A stretch of 64,000 nt of DNA. It comes from Nitrospirota bacterium (GTDB taxonomy: Bacteria > Nitrospirota > Thermodesulfovibrionia > Thermodesulfovibrionales > JdFR-86). Positions 28,859-38,871 of this stretch are shown here, piece after piece (within the stretch, counting starts at the first letter, position 1; each line of letters starts with the position of its first letter). The notes below the pieces were generated by a model. The model was not told where the DNA came from. It did not search any database and saw only the letters and a program-made list of their open reading frames with translations. Position numbers and translations under genes: made by a program. The stretch is from contig CAVRJY010000002.1 of NCBI GenBank assembly GCA_963721805.1, positions 448,001 to 512,000 of the forward strand. Direction: 5' to 3'.

Positions 28859-30334
28859 CTATTGCTTCCCCTTAAGTAACCGATATATCCTGATCTCGTT
28901 GCGCATCTTTTGCAGGTTACGGGTCAGATCCCACCACCCCTGCTTGAATGCCACAAAGTCCGGCGCGCCGGTCATGGCCGAGCCGTACCGCATCGTGTTT
29001 GCGTAGAACAGCCACTGCGTAACCCAGTCGATCTCGATCTCCTCGTTAAAGGGGTTGCTGGGATCGGCGAGTTTTTCGTCCCATGCGGTTTTTAATAGCT
29101 TCTCGGCCTGTAACGTCATGTCATTTGTCTCGCGAATCGTGCTGTCGAGCTTCGCGAAGTGGCGTTCGGTCCAGTCCGTCGCGTGGCAGCCCTTGCAGAC
29201 ATACTCCATCACCTGTTTGCGCCGATCCTGCTCTTTTTCGTCGATCAGATACGAGGTCGCGGGCTCGCCGTCGAATGTGGAAGGCAGAGGCTGTCCGTCG
29301 CGGTTTCGGATGTTATTGGTATTGCCGCTTATTGGCTGGGGGACGGAGTAGGGCAGCCCGAAGAGCCGCACCCATAGCCGCGAGCCGAAGTCGTGCGAAC
29401 GGTTCACGAGCAGGCTTCCGTCGGGCTTGACGAGCAGCGCCATATGGCAGGCCGCGCACGTGGGGGCCTTGAAGTCCTCACCCACGACCCACGGCACGTT
29501 CGTCCAGTTGACCTTGTCCTCCTGCGCCATGATGATGTTGCCGTGCTTGCTCTCCTCGTAAACGTCATACGCCGGGACGTCCGGCAGCAGGTGGCACTGC
29601 GAGCATGTGAAGGGCTTCCTCGCGACCTCTATCGAGAACGCATGTCGCGTGTGGCATGCCGTACACGTCCCGCGCGAGCCGTCCGGGTTGATGCGCCCGA
29701 CGCCCTGATTCGGCCAGTTGGCTACGTCCGGGACCTCGATCTCGCCAAGCCGGGTCATAACCGTTTTCTTCCCGTTGACCACGAGCTCCGTGCCGTGGCA
29801 GCCGAAGCACGCGTCCTGCTTGCCGTACGCGGACGGAGCGACCTCACTGATCTCGATGCCGTTTACGACCTTGGACGAGAGGATCGTGTTATAGAGCATG
29901 TGGTAAACGGGGTTGTTCTCGATGTTGCCGCGCGCGTTGGACATCTTGCTTACGTCGAACTCGGCCTGTTCGGTCGGGTGGCAGGTCGCGCAGTCCTTGG
30001 GCGAGACCACCAGGTTGATCTTAAACCCGAAGTGGTCGAAGGCGTCCTTGTGGTCAGCGGTGTTCAGGCCGTGGCATTCGTAGCAGCCCACGACCACGCC
30101 CGATAGCTCCGCCGGTAATGTCTCGGCCGAGATGCGGCGCTTAAGGCCGGGCACGTTCATCGCGGTAGCTGGCGTCACGGTTGAGTGGCGGCTGTCCTGC
30201 CAGTCGCCTACTATGCCCGGGGTATAGCTCTTGTGGCAGCCCATGCAGGCCTTGGATGTGCTGCTCAGCGGGGCGTCGGCATATGCAGAAACGAACGAAA
30301 ACATCACGATGAATACCGCCGCGATCACCCTCAT
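28859..30334 (-). CDS. Octaheme HAO-family cytochrome c
   Basis: 8 CxxCH motifs, signal peptide, GRINPDGSRGTCTACHTRHAFS and YEESKHG HAO-family motifs. Confidence 0.9.
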   Translation of the reverse strand: MRVIAAVFIVMFSFVSAYADAPLSSTSKACMGCHKSYTPGIVGDWQDSRHSTVTPATAMNVPGLKRRISAETLPAELSGVVVGCYECHGLNTADHKDAFDHFGFKINLVVSPKDCATCHPTEQAEFDVSKMSNARGNIENNPVYHMLYNTILSSKVVNGIEISEVAPSAYGKQDACFGCHGTELVVNGKKTVMTRLGEIEVPDVANWPNQGVGRINPDGSRGTCTACHTRHAFSIEVARKPFTCSQCHLLPDVPAYDVYEESKHGNIIMAQEDKVNWTNVPWVVGEDFKAPTCAACHMALLVKPDGSLLVNRSHDFGSRLWVRLFGLPYSVPQPISGNTNNIRNRDGQPLPSTFDGEPATSYLIDEKEQDRRKQVMEYVCKGCHATDWTERHFAKLDSTIRETNDMTLQAEKLLKTAWDEKLADPSNPFNEEIEIDWVTQWLFYANTMRYGSAMTGAPDFVAFKQGWWDLTRNLQKMRNEIRIYRLLKGKQ

Positions 30335-30378
30335 TATGAAGCCCCCCTTTTCAGGCGCGATACCGTATAGTTAATTGG

Positions 30379-30406
30379 AGTATATCGCATCCAGCCGCGT
30401 TGTCAA
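30379..30406 (-). promoter_or_regulatory. Putative sigma70 promoter of the octaheme gene
   Basis: TTGACA-16 nt-TATACT on the minus strand. Confidence 0.55.
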
Positions 30407-30494
30407 GCCCGCGCGCATTTGCCGGGCGGGGCAGGGCGGCATGACGAAACAGCATGACTAACGCGAGGGGAATGTTGTATATTCAAGCGAACCC

Positions 30495-31871
30495 ATGAAC
30501 TGCGCCCCGCAAGTGCTGATAATCGACGACGACGCCACGCTGCGCAATGCCCTGAGCAGCTACCTCAGGACTGAGGGCTACGAGCCGTCCGAGGCCGCTG
30601 ACGGCCCCGAGGCCCTCCGCATGCTCGAGGCCCACAAGCCGGACCTCGCGCTCCTGGACATCAGGATGCCCCATATGAGCGGGATCGAGGTGCTGAGGAA
30701 GATCGGCGAGAAGTACGCCGGGCTCCCGGTAGTGATGATCAGCGGCCACGGCAACGTCTCTTTAGCCATAGAGGCGATGAAGCTCGGCGCGGTGGATTTC
30801 ATACAAAAGCCCTTCAAGCTCGAGCACCTCGCCTATACCATCAAGCGCGCCTTCGACGGGATAGCACTGAGCTCCAAGGTCTCATACCTCGACGAGCGGT
30901 ACGAAAGCTCGCTGGAGCTCATCATGGGCCGCAGCACCAGGATGCGCAGCGTGATCGCCGAGGTCAGGAAGGTCGCCGACACCAACCTCTCGATAGTCAT
31001 ATCCGGCGAGACCGGCACAGGCAAGACCTATCTGGCGAGCCTCATACACAACCTCAGCAGGAGGATGAACGGCCCGTTCATCACCGTGGACTTCGGCACG
31101 ATACCGGACTCCCTGGTCGAGAGCGAGATGTTCGGCTTCGAGCGCGGCGCGTTTACCGGGGCGGAGAAGACCACCCAGGGGTATTTCGAGAAGGCCTCCG
31201 GGGGTACGATCTTCATCGACGAGCTCCAGAACATCGGAGTTGCGATCCAGCAAAAGCTCCTGAAGGTCATCGAGGACAAGGGGTTTTATACCATCGGCGG
31301 ATCAAGGCGCATCAATACTGACTTCAGGCTCATATGCGCGACGAACGCCAACGTGCAGGACTCTGTGCGTGCGGGCCGCATCCGCAGCGACCTGTTTTAC
31401 CGCCTCAACGAGTACTCCATAGAGCTCCCCCCGCTCCGGGAGCGCACCGATGACATCCCGATGTTCGTCGAGAAGTTCCTGATCGACATCGGGGGCGAGT
31501 TCGGCCGGCGCGACATCTCGATCAACGGCGACGCGCTCGCCCTGCTTTGCGGCAGCGGGTGGGACGGCAATATCCGCCAGCTCAAAAACGTCGTGCGCTC
31601 TGCGATTCTGGGCAGCGATACCAACCGCGTCGGGGCCGAGGCCGTGGCCGCGGCGCTGGCCGGGAGTTCCGCTGTCGGCCCGGGCGCGGCTTGCCACTCG
31701 CAGGCGGACGAGCACCCGATATCGCTTCAGGAATCCGAGCGGCGCGCGATAGGGATCGCGCTGCGCCACACCGGCGGCAACAAGACGCGGGCCTCCGCGA
31801 TACTCGGCGTAACCCTCAAGACCCTGCTCAAGAAGATTAAGGACTACGGCATAGCCGTTCCGAAGCCCTGA
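30495..31871 (+). CDS. Sigma54-dependent response regulator (NtrC/AtoC family)
   Basis: REC domain (LLDIRMP), GETGTGK, GAFTGA, LFYRLN, C-terminal Fis-type HTH. Confidence 0.93.
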   Translation: MNCAPQVLIIDDDATLRNALSSYLRTEGYEPSEAADGPEALRMLEAHKPDLALLDIRMPHMSGIEVLRKIGEKYAGLPVVMISGHGNVSLAIEAMKLGAVDFIQKPFKLEHLAYTIKRAFDGIALSSKVSYLDERYESSLELIMGRSTRMRSVIAEVRKVADTNLSIVISGETGTGKTYLASLIHNLSRRMNGPFITVDFGTIPDSLVESEMFGFERGAFTGAEKTTQGYFEKASGGTIFIDELQNIGVAIQQKLLKVIEDKGFYTIGGSRRINTDFRLICATNANVQDSVRAGRIRSDLFYRLNEYSIELPPLRERTDDIPMFVEKFLIDIGGEFGRRDISINGDALALLCGSGWDGNIRQLKNVVRSAILGSDTNRVGAEAVAAALAGSSAVGPGAACHSQADEHPISLQESERRAIGIALRHTGGNKTRASAILGVTLKTLLKKIKDYGIAVPKP

Positions 31872-31929
31872 TCCACCCAACTCCAGGAGTTATCAGTTCC
31901 ATGGCGGCAAATTATTAATCCTACATTTT

Positions 31930-31945
31930 TGTAATCTCGATCACA
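31930..31945 (+). promoter_or_regulatory. CRP/FNR-family-like box upstream of MCP
   Basis: TGTAA-TCTCGA-TCACA; TATCAT at 31968-73 places its centre near -42. Confidence 0.5.
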
Positions 31946-32056
31946 TTATGTCAAATTACAGCTTGACTATCATCTATCTAGTTGTTAATCTTATTAATAT
32001 TGCAAGCTGCTTGCACGGGGGGAATAATTCCAAGGGGGCGGGGAGGGTTTTAAAAA

Positions 32057-33736
32057 ATGCAGTGGTATCGTAACCTGAAGATAGGGATGAAGCTCGGGCT
32101 CGCGTTCGGTTTTCTGCTGGTCCTGCTTTGCGTGATGGCGGCAACGGGTTTCTGGGGAGTCCGCAACATGGACCAGGAACTCATGAAGATGATGCACGGG
32201 GACGCCGTGATCGCCGAAAACGCCGAACGCCTGAGGGCCAACACGCTTGGGCTCAGGAGGGGCGAGAAGGACGTATTCCTGAACATAGACAACCCCGAGA
32301 AGGTCGAGGAGTACTACAAGGGCTGGACGGAGCAGCTGGACCTCGCCAAAAGCAGGCTTGAGGTGCTCGAGAAGGCCGCCGCCCTCGATAAGGACGTAGA
32401 GGCGGTCAAGAACGTAAAGGCCGACATCGCCGCTTACGAAAAGGGTTTCAATTCCGTATACGCCCTGCTCAAGCAGGGGAAGGTCAAGACCCCGCAGGAA
32501 GGCAACAAGGCCATCGGCCAGTATAAGGACGAGATCCACAGGATGGATGACCTCGCGTATGGCCTCGCCACGGATGCGAGAAAAAGGATGGATGCGGTCG
32601 AGGGAACGTTCGACGCCCTGTATGGGCGCATTGATCTCATGCTTAGCTTAATCGCCGGCATAGCGATCGTGCTCGGCGTCATCTCCGGCATAACCCTGAC
32701 CCTGATGATCACGCGCCCGCTCGCGGCCGCGGTCAGCGCCAATAACAGGCTCGCCGAGGGCGACCTTAACGTCGAGATTGCCGTTGATTCCAAGGACGAG
32801 ACCGGCCAGCTCATGGCCGCGATGAAGGCAATGGCCGAGAAGCTCCGCGAGGTCGTGCTCGAGGTGACATCGGCCGCCGAGAACGTGGCCTCCGGGGCCG
32901 AGGAGCTGAGCGCGAGTTCCGAGGAGATGTCGCAGGGCTCGACAGAGCAGGCCTCGGCCGCCGAGGAGGCCTCGAGCTCGATGGAGGAGATGGCCTCCAA
33001 TATCAAGCAGAGCGCGGACAACGCCCAGCAGACCGAGAAGATCGCCAAGAAGGCCTCCGAGGATGCTAGAGAGAGCGGGGCCTCGGTGGCGCAGGCCGTA
33101 GCCGCTATGAAGCAGATAGCCGAGAAGATAGGGATCATCGAGGAGATCGCGAGGCAGACGAACCTGCTTGCGCTAAACGCGGCCATCGAGGCCGCGCGCG
33201 CCGGTGAGCACGGCAAGGGCTTTGCGGTCGTCGCGGCCGAGGTGCGCAAGCTCGCGGAGCGCTCTCAGCAGGCCGCGGGGGAGATCACCGAGCTTTCGTC
33301 CACTAGCGTGGACATCGCGGCTAACGCCGGGCAGATGCTCGCAAAGCTCGTCCCGGACATACAGAAGACCGCCGAGCTCGTGGCCGAGATCAGCGCGGCA
33401 TCCAAAGAGCAGAACATCGGGGCGGAGCAGATCAACAAGGCTATTCAGCAGCTAGATCAGGTCACGCAGCAAAACGCCTCGGCCTCGGAGGAGATGGCCT
33501 CGACGAGCGAGGAGCTCAGCTCGCAGGCCGAGCAGCTCCAGGACACGATAGGGTTTTTCAAGGTCGATACCGCCGGGGCGAAGCGTCAGGCGAGACGGGC
33601 TGTCCCGCCGAAGGCCGCGCCTAAGCGCGCCGCGATAGCCCATCTGGCAAAGGGGGCCGCACCCAAGCCCGGAGGCGTGCGCATAGACATGGCCGGCGGC
33701 CGCGACACCGGTGACGACGAGTTCGAGAGGTTATAA
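32057..33736 (+). CDS. Methyl-accepting chemotaxis protein
   Basis: Two TM helices, four-helix-type periplasmic sensor, [34 protein letters not shown]. Confidence 0.95.
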   Translation: MQWYRNLKIGMKLGLAFGFLLVLLCVMAATGFWGVRNMDQELMKMMHGDAVIAENAERLRANTLGLRRGEKDVFLNIDNPEKVEEYYKGWTEQLDLAKSRLEVLEKAAALDKDVEAVKNVKADIAAYEKGFNSVYALLKQGKVKTPQEGNKAIGQYKDEIHRMDDLAYGLATDARKRMDAVEGTFDALYGRIDLMLSLIAGIAIVLGVISGITLTLMITRPLAAAVSANNRLAEGDLNVEIAVDSKDETGQLMAAMKAMAEKLREVVLEVTSAAENVASGAEELSASSEEMSQGSTEQASAAEEASSSMEEMASNIKQSADNAQQTEKIAKKASEDARESGASVAQAVAAMKQIAEKIGIIEEIARQTNLLALNAAIEAARAGEHGKGFAVVAAEVRKLAERSQQAAGEITELSSTSVDIAANAGQMLAKLVPDIQKTAELVAEISAASKEQNIGAEQINKAIQQLDQVTQQNASASEEMASTSEELSSQAEQLQDTIGFFKVDTAGAKRQARRAVPPKAAPKRAAIAHLAKGAAPKPGGVRIDMAGGRDTGDDEFERL

Positions 33737-33738
33737 CC

Positions 33739-34224
33739 ATGAGCGTGGCTAACATAACGCAGACGTCGCAGTACCTGTCCTTCACGCTGGGGGGCGAGGT
33801 CTTTGCGCTGGACATATCGAAGGTCAGGGAGGTGCTGGACTATACCGAGCCGACGAAGGTGCCGCAGACGCCGGATTTCATGCGCGGGGTGATAAACCTG
33901 CGCGGCGGGGTGGTGCCGGTCGTGGACCTGAAGCTCAAGTTCGGGATGCCGCGCACCGAGCGTGGCATAAACACCTGCATCATAATCACCGAGGTCGCGC
34001 TCGGGGACGAGCACGCGGTGATCGGGGCGATGGCGGACTCTGTGCGTGAGGTCTTTGACCTCTCGCCGGAGCAGATAGAGCCCGCGCCCCGGATCGGGAC
34101 TCACCTGAATACGGCATTCCTCAAGGGCATGGGCAAGCACAACGACAACTTCATCCTGCTGCTGGACATCGACAGGGTGTTTTCGGAGGGAGAGCTGGCT
34201 GAGGTCTCTGCCGCCGGAGAGTAA
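33739..34224 (+). CDS. cheW: Chemotaxis protein CheW
   Basis: YLSFTLG, GVINLRG, PVVDL, DSVREV motifs. Confidence 0.95.
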   Translation: MSVANITQTSQYLSFTLGGEVFALDISKVREVLDYTEPTKVPQTPDFMRGVINLRGGVVPVVDLKLKFGMPRTERGINTCIIITEVALGDEHAVIGAMADSVREVFDLSPEQIEPAPRIGTHLNTAFLKGMGKHNDNFILLLDIDRVFSEGELAEVSAAGE

Positions 34225-34247
34225 GGCGTAGCAATTAAGGCTATGGA

Positions 34248-34286
34248 GCCCCCGCATGCACGAGCATGCGGGGGCCCTTCTTCTTT
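34248..34286 (+). terminator. Intrinsic terminator after cheW
   Basis: 12-bp stem GCCCCCGCATGC-ACGA-GCATGCGGGGGC followed by a pyrimidine/T tract. Confidence 0.7.
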
Positions 34287-34392
34287 ATATAAGGGGCCGC
34301 TTGCGCCCCTAAAGTGAGCGGGCTTCCGGGCCCTGCGGACAGCGAAATGGGGCAGCCGCCCCCCGTGCGTTTGCCCTTACCTTTCGGTTATA

Positions 34393-34815
34393 ATGGTTGA
34401 CATGAACGGTATTGGGCCAGGATTAGGCGTTTTGATCATGATGAACAATTACTTCCACGACGTCGCGACCGCGCTTCTGATGGCCAGCGGCTTCGGCGTA
34501 TGGGTCGTGATGAAAAGATTCGACGAAAGGCCGCGCTCGAAGGACGCGACCGAGTATTTCGTCCGGGTATTCGATGGGATGACCAAGCTCGCGAAGATCT
34601 CGCTGTGGTGGATACTCATAGGCGGCATCCCGAGGACGATATTCTACAGGGACTTCGAGTGGGCCAACGCAGTGGCCAACGCCCAGATCCCCGCGCTCAT
34701 AGTCAAGCACATCATGGCGTTTAGCTTCGTCGGGACCGGCGTGGTCATGTGGCACAAATACGGAAGGCGCGTCCGCAAGATAAGGGAAGCGCTCGCATCG
34801 GGAGAAATCAAATGA
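34393..34815 (+). CDS. Small integral membrane protein (about 3 TM) with His residues at TM ends
   Basis: NNYFHDVATA and IVKH; stop overlaps the next ATG. Confidence 0.7.
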   Translation: MVDMNGIGPGLGVLIMMNNYFHDVATALLMASGFGVWVVMKRFDERPRSKDATEYFVRVFDGMTKLAKISLWWILIGGIPRTIFYRDFEWANAVANAQIPALIVKHIMAFSFVGTGVVMWHKYGRRVRKIREALASGEIK

Positions 34816-36260
34816 AGGTACTGTTTATCACCCCGCCGTTTCATGCCGGGGTAGTCGAGGTCGCCGGCCGCTGGGTGCCGCTTTATTTCGTCTACCTTGC
34901 CGGCTCGCTGAAGGCCACCGGGCACGAGGCGCACATCTATGACGCGATGACCAAGTTCGTGGGCTACGACGAGATCGAGGCCCGCATCCGCGAGCTCAAG
35001 CCCGACATCGTCGCGACGACGGCCATAACCTGCACCTCCATCGACGCCGGGGAGATCTGCGCCCTCGCAAAGAGGATCGACCCCAAGATCACGACGATCT
35101 GCGGCGGCATACACGCCTCGTTCATGTACCAGGAGATGTTTTCGCTCTACCCGGCGCTCGATTACATCGTCGTGGGCGAGGGCGAGATCACGATAGCCGA
35201 ACTTGTCGACGCGATCGAGAACAAGCGGCCGGTGAAGGAAGTCCTCGGAGTTGCATACCGCGAGGGCGAGGACGTCACGTTCACCGGCGTGCGGCCCTAC
35301 ATGGATGACCTCAACAACCTCCCGACCGCGTGGGAGGAGCTCGACTGGAACGACTACACTTATTTCATAATGCCCGGCTCGCGGCTCGCGGCGATAGACA
35401 CCTCGCGAGGATGCGACAAGGACTGCACGTTCTGCTCCCAGCAGAAGTTCTGGAAGCAGACCTGGCGCGCCCGCACCCCGGAGGACCTCGTACGCGAGAT
35501 TACGATGCTGAACACCACCTACAAGGTCGACGTCATACTGCTTACGGACGACTACCCGACGCCGGACCGCGCGCGCTGGGAGAAGTTCCTGGACATGCTG
35601 ATCGAGGCGAACCTGCCGGTCAAGTTCCTGATGGAGACGCGCGTGCAGGACATCATCCGCGACCGCGAGATCCTCTGGAAATACCATAAGGCCGGGATTA
35701 TCCACATCTACGTCGGCACCGAGTCGGTGGACCAGTCCGCGCTCGACAGCATCAAGAAGGACATTACGCTCGAGGAGTGCGTCGAGGCTATCGACCTGCT
35801 CCGCGAGCACAACATAATCACCGAGACCTCGATGATCCTCGGCTTCCCGGACGACACGGTTGAGAGCATCGAGCGCACGATCGAGCTTTCGAAGGAGCTC
35901 AACCCGGACTTCGCCCACTACCTGGCGATAGCCCCATGGCCCTACTCGAACATGTACGAGGAGATGAAGCCCTACATAGCCGTCACGGACTACCGCAAGT
36001 ATAACCTGATAGACCCGATCATCAAGCCCAAGGCGATGACGCTCGAGGAGGTCGACCGCCAGATCGTCAACGGCTACCGCGACTTCTACATGAGCAAGTT
36101 CATGTCGCTGATGCAGGGCGACGACCAGTTCCGCAAGGACTACCTGATGCGTGCGATGAAGCTGATGATGAGCACCTCGTTCATCAAAAAGAAGCTCGGC
36201 ATGATGGGTGGCGAGATGCCCGAGGAGATTAAGGCCATAATGTCGTCACAGATGGGATGA
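34812..36260 (+). CDS. Cobalamin-binding radical SAM protein
   Basis: GGIHAS and GEGE B12 domain, CDKDCTFC motif; start MKVLF at 34812 (ATGA overlap). Confidence 0.9.
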   Translation: MKVLFITPPFHAGVVEVAGRWVPLYFVYLAGSLKATGHEAHIYDAMTKFVGYDEIEARIRELKPDIVATTAITCTSIDAGEICALAKRIDPKITTICGGIHASFMYQEMFSLYPALDYIVVGEGEITIAELVDAIENKRPVKEVLGVAYREGEDVTFTGVRPYMDDLNNLPTAWEELDWNDYTYFIMPGSRLAAIDTSRGCDKDCTFCSQQKFWKQTWRARTPEDLVREITMLNTTYKVDVILLTDDYPTPDRARWEKFLDMLIEANLPVKFLMETRVQDIIRDREILWKYHKAGIIHIYVGTESVDQSALDSIKKDITLEECVEAIDLLREHNIITETSMILGFPDDTVESIERTIELSKELNPDFAHYLAIAPWPYSNMYEEMKPYIAVTDYRKYNLIDPIIKPKAMTLEEVDRQIVNGYRDFYMSKFMSLMQGDDQFRKDYLMRAMKLMMSTSFIKKKLGMMGGEMPEEIKAIMSSQMG

Positions 36261-36271
36261 GGGGAGGGCCG

Positions 36272-36883
36272 ATGGCGCTCTACAGGCTCGTTCTGGCAGC
36301 GGCGCTCGCCGCGGGGCTGTTCGCCTGCACAGGCCCGAACTACACCTGCAAGGACGTATACCCCGAGGACGCCATCCTAACCTACAACGTCGACGGGATC
36401 ACGGGCAATATGGCCTCGGAGATGTGCGGCTACCTCTGCATCGGCATCGAGAACGCCCCGGCCGACCGGCCCGTGCCCACCGTGCTCGTGGCCGACTTCA
36501 TCCCGTACCGGGGCTCTGCGACCGACAGGGTGGGGCAGTACATATCAGAATCCATGCGGATCGTGGTCGCGGACAAGTGCTGCGCCAAGGCCGTGCGCGC
36601 TGGATTCGAGGGCCACCTCGAGTCCGCCGGGGATGGCTCGATCTCGATGGTCTCGCCATACGCCGACCCCGACAGCCTCAGGCAGCCGGCCATGGTCATC
36701 GCGGGCAGCTATCTCGCGACGCAGGATTCCGTCACCTACAGGGTCGAGTCTCTGAAGGCCTCGACCGGCGCTGTCACTGACAGCATCAGGCGCGAGTACC
36801 CGACGTACTGCATCCTCGGCCATAAATACGCCGATATCCCGATTTGGCCCCCGCGGAAGCTCATTCAAGGCGACGATGAATGA
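36272..36883 (+). CDS. Cys-rich putative lipoprotein (possibly FlgO-like)
   Basis: Lipobox-like LFAC; VLVADF and AGSY segments. Confidence 0.6.
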   Translation: MALYRLVLAAALAAGLFACTGPNYTCKDVYPEDAILTYNVDGITGNMASEMCGYLCIGIENAPADRPVPTVLVADFIPYRGSATDRVGQYISESMRIVVADKCCAKAVRAGFEGHLESAGDGSISMVSPYADPDSLRQPAMVIAGSYLATQDSVTYRVESLKASTGAVTDSIRREYPTYCILGHKYADIPIWPPRKLIQGDDE

Positions 36884-37934
36884 GCAGAGCGTCCCTTCCT
36901 ACGACAGGCTCCTAGCGGCGCGTAACGCCCTGTTGCTCGGGGTGATGCTGGCGGTCTGGGGCGTGCTGTGCATGGTGTCCTTCGACTGGTTTCCGGGCCC
37001 CTTGGGGTTCCTCTCCAATATCCTCATGCCCTGGAAGGGGCTTAACATGATCCCCGAGGAGATGACGATAGAGTGGCGGCTGGCTTACATGCAAAGCCTG
37101 CTGAGCGCCTCGATCACGGTGGCCCACAGCTCGTTTATCGCCCTCTCGGCCTCGTTCACGGCGCTCGTCGTCTACCTGACCCTGATCTACCAGCAGCGCC
37201 AGAAGAGGATGCGCGAAAACCGGATGCTCGTGATGAAGAACCTCGAGATCGCCAGGCGCAACGAGTTCATACGGTACGTCTCGGCGACGATAGGCCACGA
37301 GTTCAAGAACAACCTAGGGCGGATCAAGCGCCGCCTTGACCTCGCGGAAGTCCCCCCGGAGCTCCGCGCCAAGATAGACTCCAACCTGCACAAGCTCTTC
37401 GCCGACATAGACATATTCAAGAAGATCTCTGAGGAGCGCGAGAGCGTGCTGATCGGGTTTAAGAAGCTAAACCCCCTGAGCACGCTGCGCGAGCTCAGCA
37501 TGCACTACACCGACATGGCCGAGTTCCACTTCGAGGGCGGCGAGGTCTCAGAGCCGATCTTCGCCTCGCCGGAGCTGCTCAAGAGCGTCTTTGAGATACT
37601 GATAGACAACTCGATCAAATACAAGAAGCCCGGCCAGCCGCGCGCGATAATCCGTGTTTCGTGCCACACGGACGAGGACAGCCGCCGGAAGTACGTCTCG
37701 CTCGCGGTCCGCGACGAGGGCATCGGGATGGACGAGGAGCAGGCCGACCGCAGCTTTTACAAGGGCAGCGGCGCTAGCACCTCCGAGGGCTGGGGCATGG
37801 GCCTGTATTTCGCCAAATACGTGGTCGGCCTGCACGCAGGCCGCATACGCGTGGGCAAGGGCTACACCGCGCCGGGCCGGGGGGTCGAGATCATCATCAA
37901 CCTGCCGCACGTGGAGGAGAGCCTCGATGTATAG
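36876..37934 (+). CDS. Membrane sensor histidine kinase
   Basis: TM segments, H-box IGHEFKN, N-box DNSIKY, G1 DEGIG, G2 GWGMGL. Confidence 0.9.
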   Translation: MNEQSVPSYDRLLAARNALLLGVMLAVWGVLCMVSFDWFPGPLGFLSNILMPWKGLNMIPEEMTIEWRLAYMQSLLSASITVAHSSFIALSASFTALVVYLTLIYQQRQKRMRENRMLVMKNLEIARRNEFIRYVSATIGHEFKNNLGRIKRRLDLAEVPPELRAKIDSNLHKLFADIDIFKKISEERESVLIGFKKLNPLSTLRELSMHYTDMAEFHFEGGEVSEPIFASPELLKSVFEILIDNSIKYKKPGQPRAIIRVSCHTDEDSRRKYVSLAVRDEGIGMDEEQADRSFYKGSGASTSEGWGMGLYFAKYVVGLHAGRIRVGKGYTAPGRGVEIIINLPHVEESLDV

Positions 37935-37981
37935 CGTTATCCTCGCACGCAAGCGCGCTTCGCTGATTAGGGAGGGTTTAA

Positions 37982-38869
37982 GTGTATAGCGTGCTTGTGG
38001 CCGACGACGACTACGAAGACCGCGAACTCCTGCGGATCGAGATCCAGCGGGCGCTCGAGGGCCTCGAGCCTAACCTCAAGTTCTACGAGGCCCGCAGCAT
38101 CTCGCAGGCCAGCGAGCGGCTGCGCTCCCAGCACTTCGACCTCCTGACGCTCGACGTCGAGTTCGACAGGATGAACGAGGGCATCGACGCCCTGCCGGTC
38201 TTCTTCGAGAGCTACCCGACGCTGAGCATCATCGTCATAAGCGGCAAGCTCAACAAGACGGAGGTCAGCGAGCGCCTGTTTCACTTCACGAAGGACAACG
38301 TGCTTAAGGGCAAGCGCTGGGCGCGGCACTTCGACGTCCTCGACAAGAAGGACGACAAGGCCGAGGCCGTGCGCCGGGCCTATGAGTTTTCTGTAAGGCA
38401 GAAGGAGGCCGCCGAGGGCCTCAAGGAGCTGTTCCTTCTGGCCGAGGGCTACATGGAAAAGGGCGAGGTCGAGAAGTGCCTTGAGGTATACCAGAAGATC
38501 CAGGGCCTCGCCCCGGGCGAGCACGAGAGCGGCGAGAACATAAAGCTCTTTAAGAAGGGGGCCTCGTTCGAGCAGGCGCTTGAGTACCTCAGGAAGGGCG
38601 AAAAGCTGATCGCGGCCCTGCTGCTCGGACACTACCTCGAAAGCCGCCTTAAGGCCTTCACGCGCCGGGGCACCGGCCGCGTCCACCCGAACCTCGCCGA
38701 CTGCCTCTCTGACTTGGAGCGCGCGCACCGCATAAGCCCGCTAAAGAAGGGCATGTTTCAGGGCCTGATGCGCATCCGCAACAAGTGCGTCCACCACCCG
38801 ATGACGATCTCCGAGGCAGACTTCGCTTATACGGCCGAGAACCTCAAGCTCATCGAGGCGGATTTCTGA
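37982..38869 (+). CDS. Response regulator: REC + TPR-like + C-terminal HEPN/DUF4145-like domain
   Basis: ADDD, LTLD and ISG REC motifs; TPR-like helix pair; LGHYLESRL...RNKCVH; GGAGG RBS. Confidence 0.75.
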   Translation: MYSVLVADDDYEDRELLRIEIQRALEGLEPNLKFYEARSISQASERLRSQHFDLLTLDVEFDRMNEGIDALPVFFESYPTLSIIVISGKLNKTEVSERLFHFTKDNVLKGKRWARHFDVLDKKDDKAEAVRRAYEFSVRQKEAAEGLKELFLLAEGYMEKGEVEKCLEVYQKIQGLAPGEHESGENIKLFKKGASFEQALEYLRKGEKLIAALLLGHYLESRLKAFTRRGTGRVHPNLADCLSDLERAHRISPLKKGMFQGLMRIRNKCVHHPMTISEADFAYTAENLKLIEADF

Positions 38870-38871
38870 GC

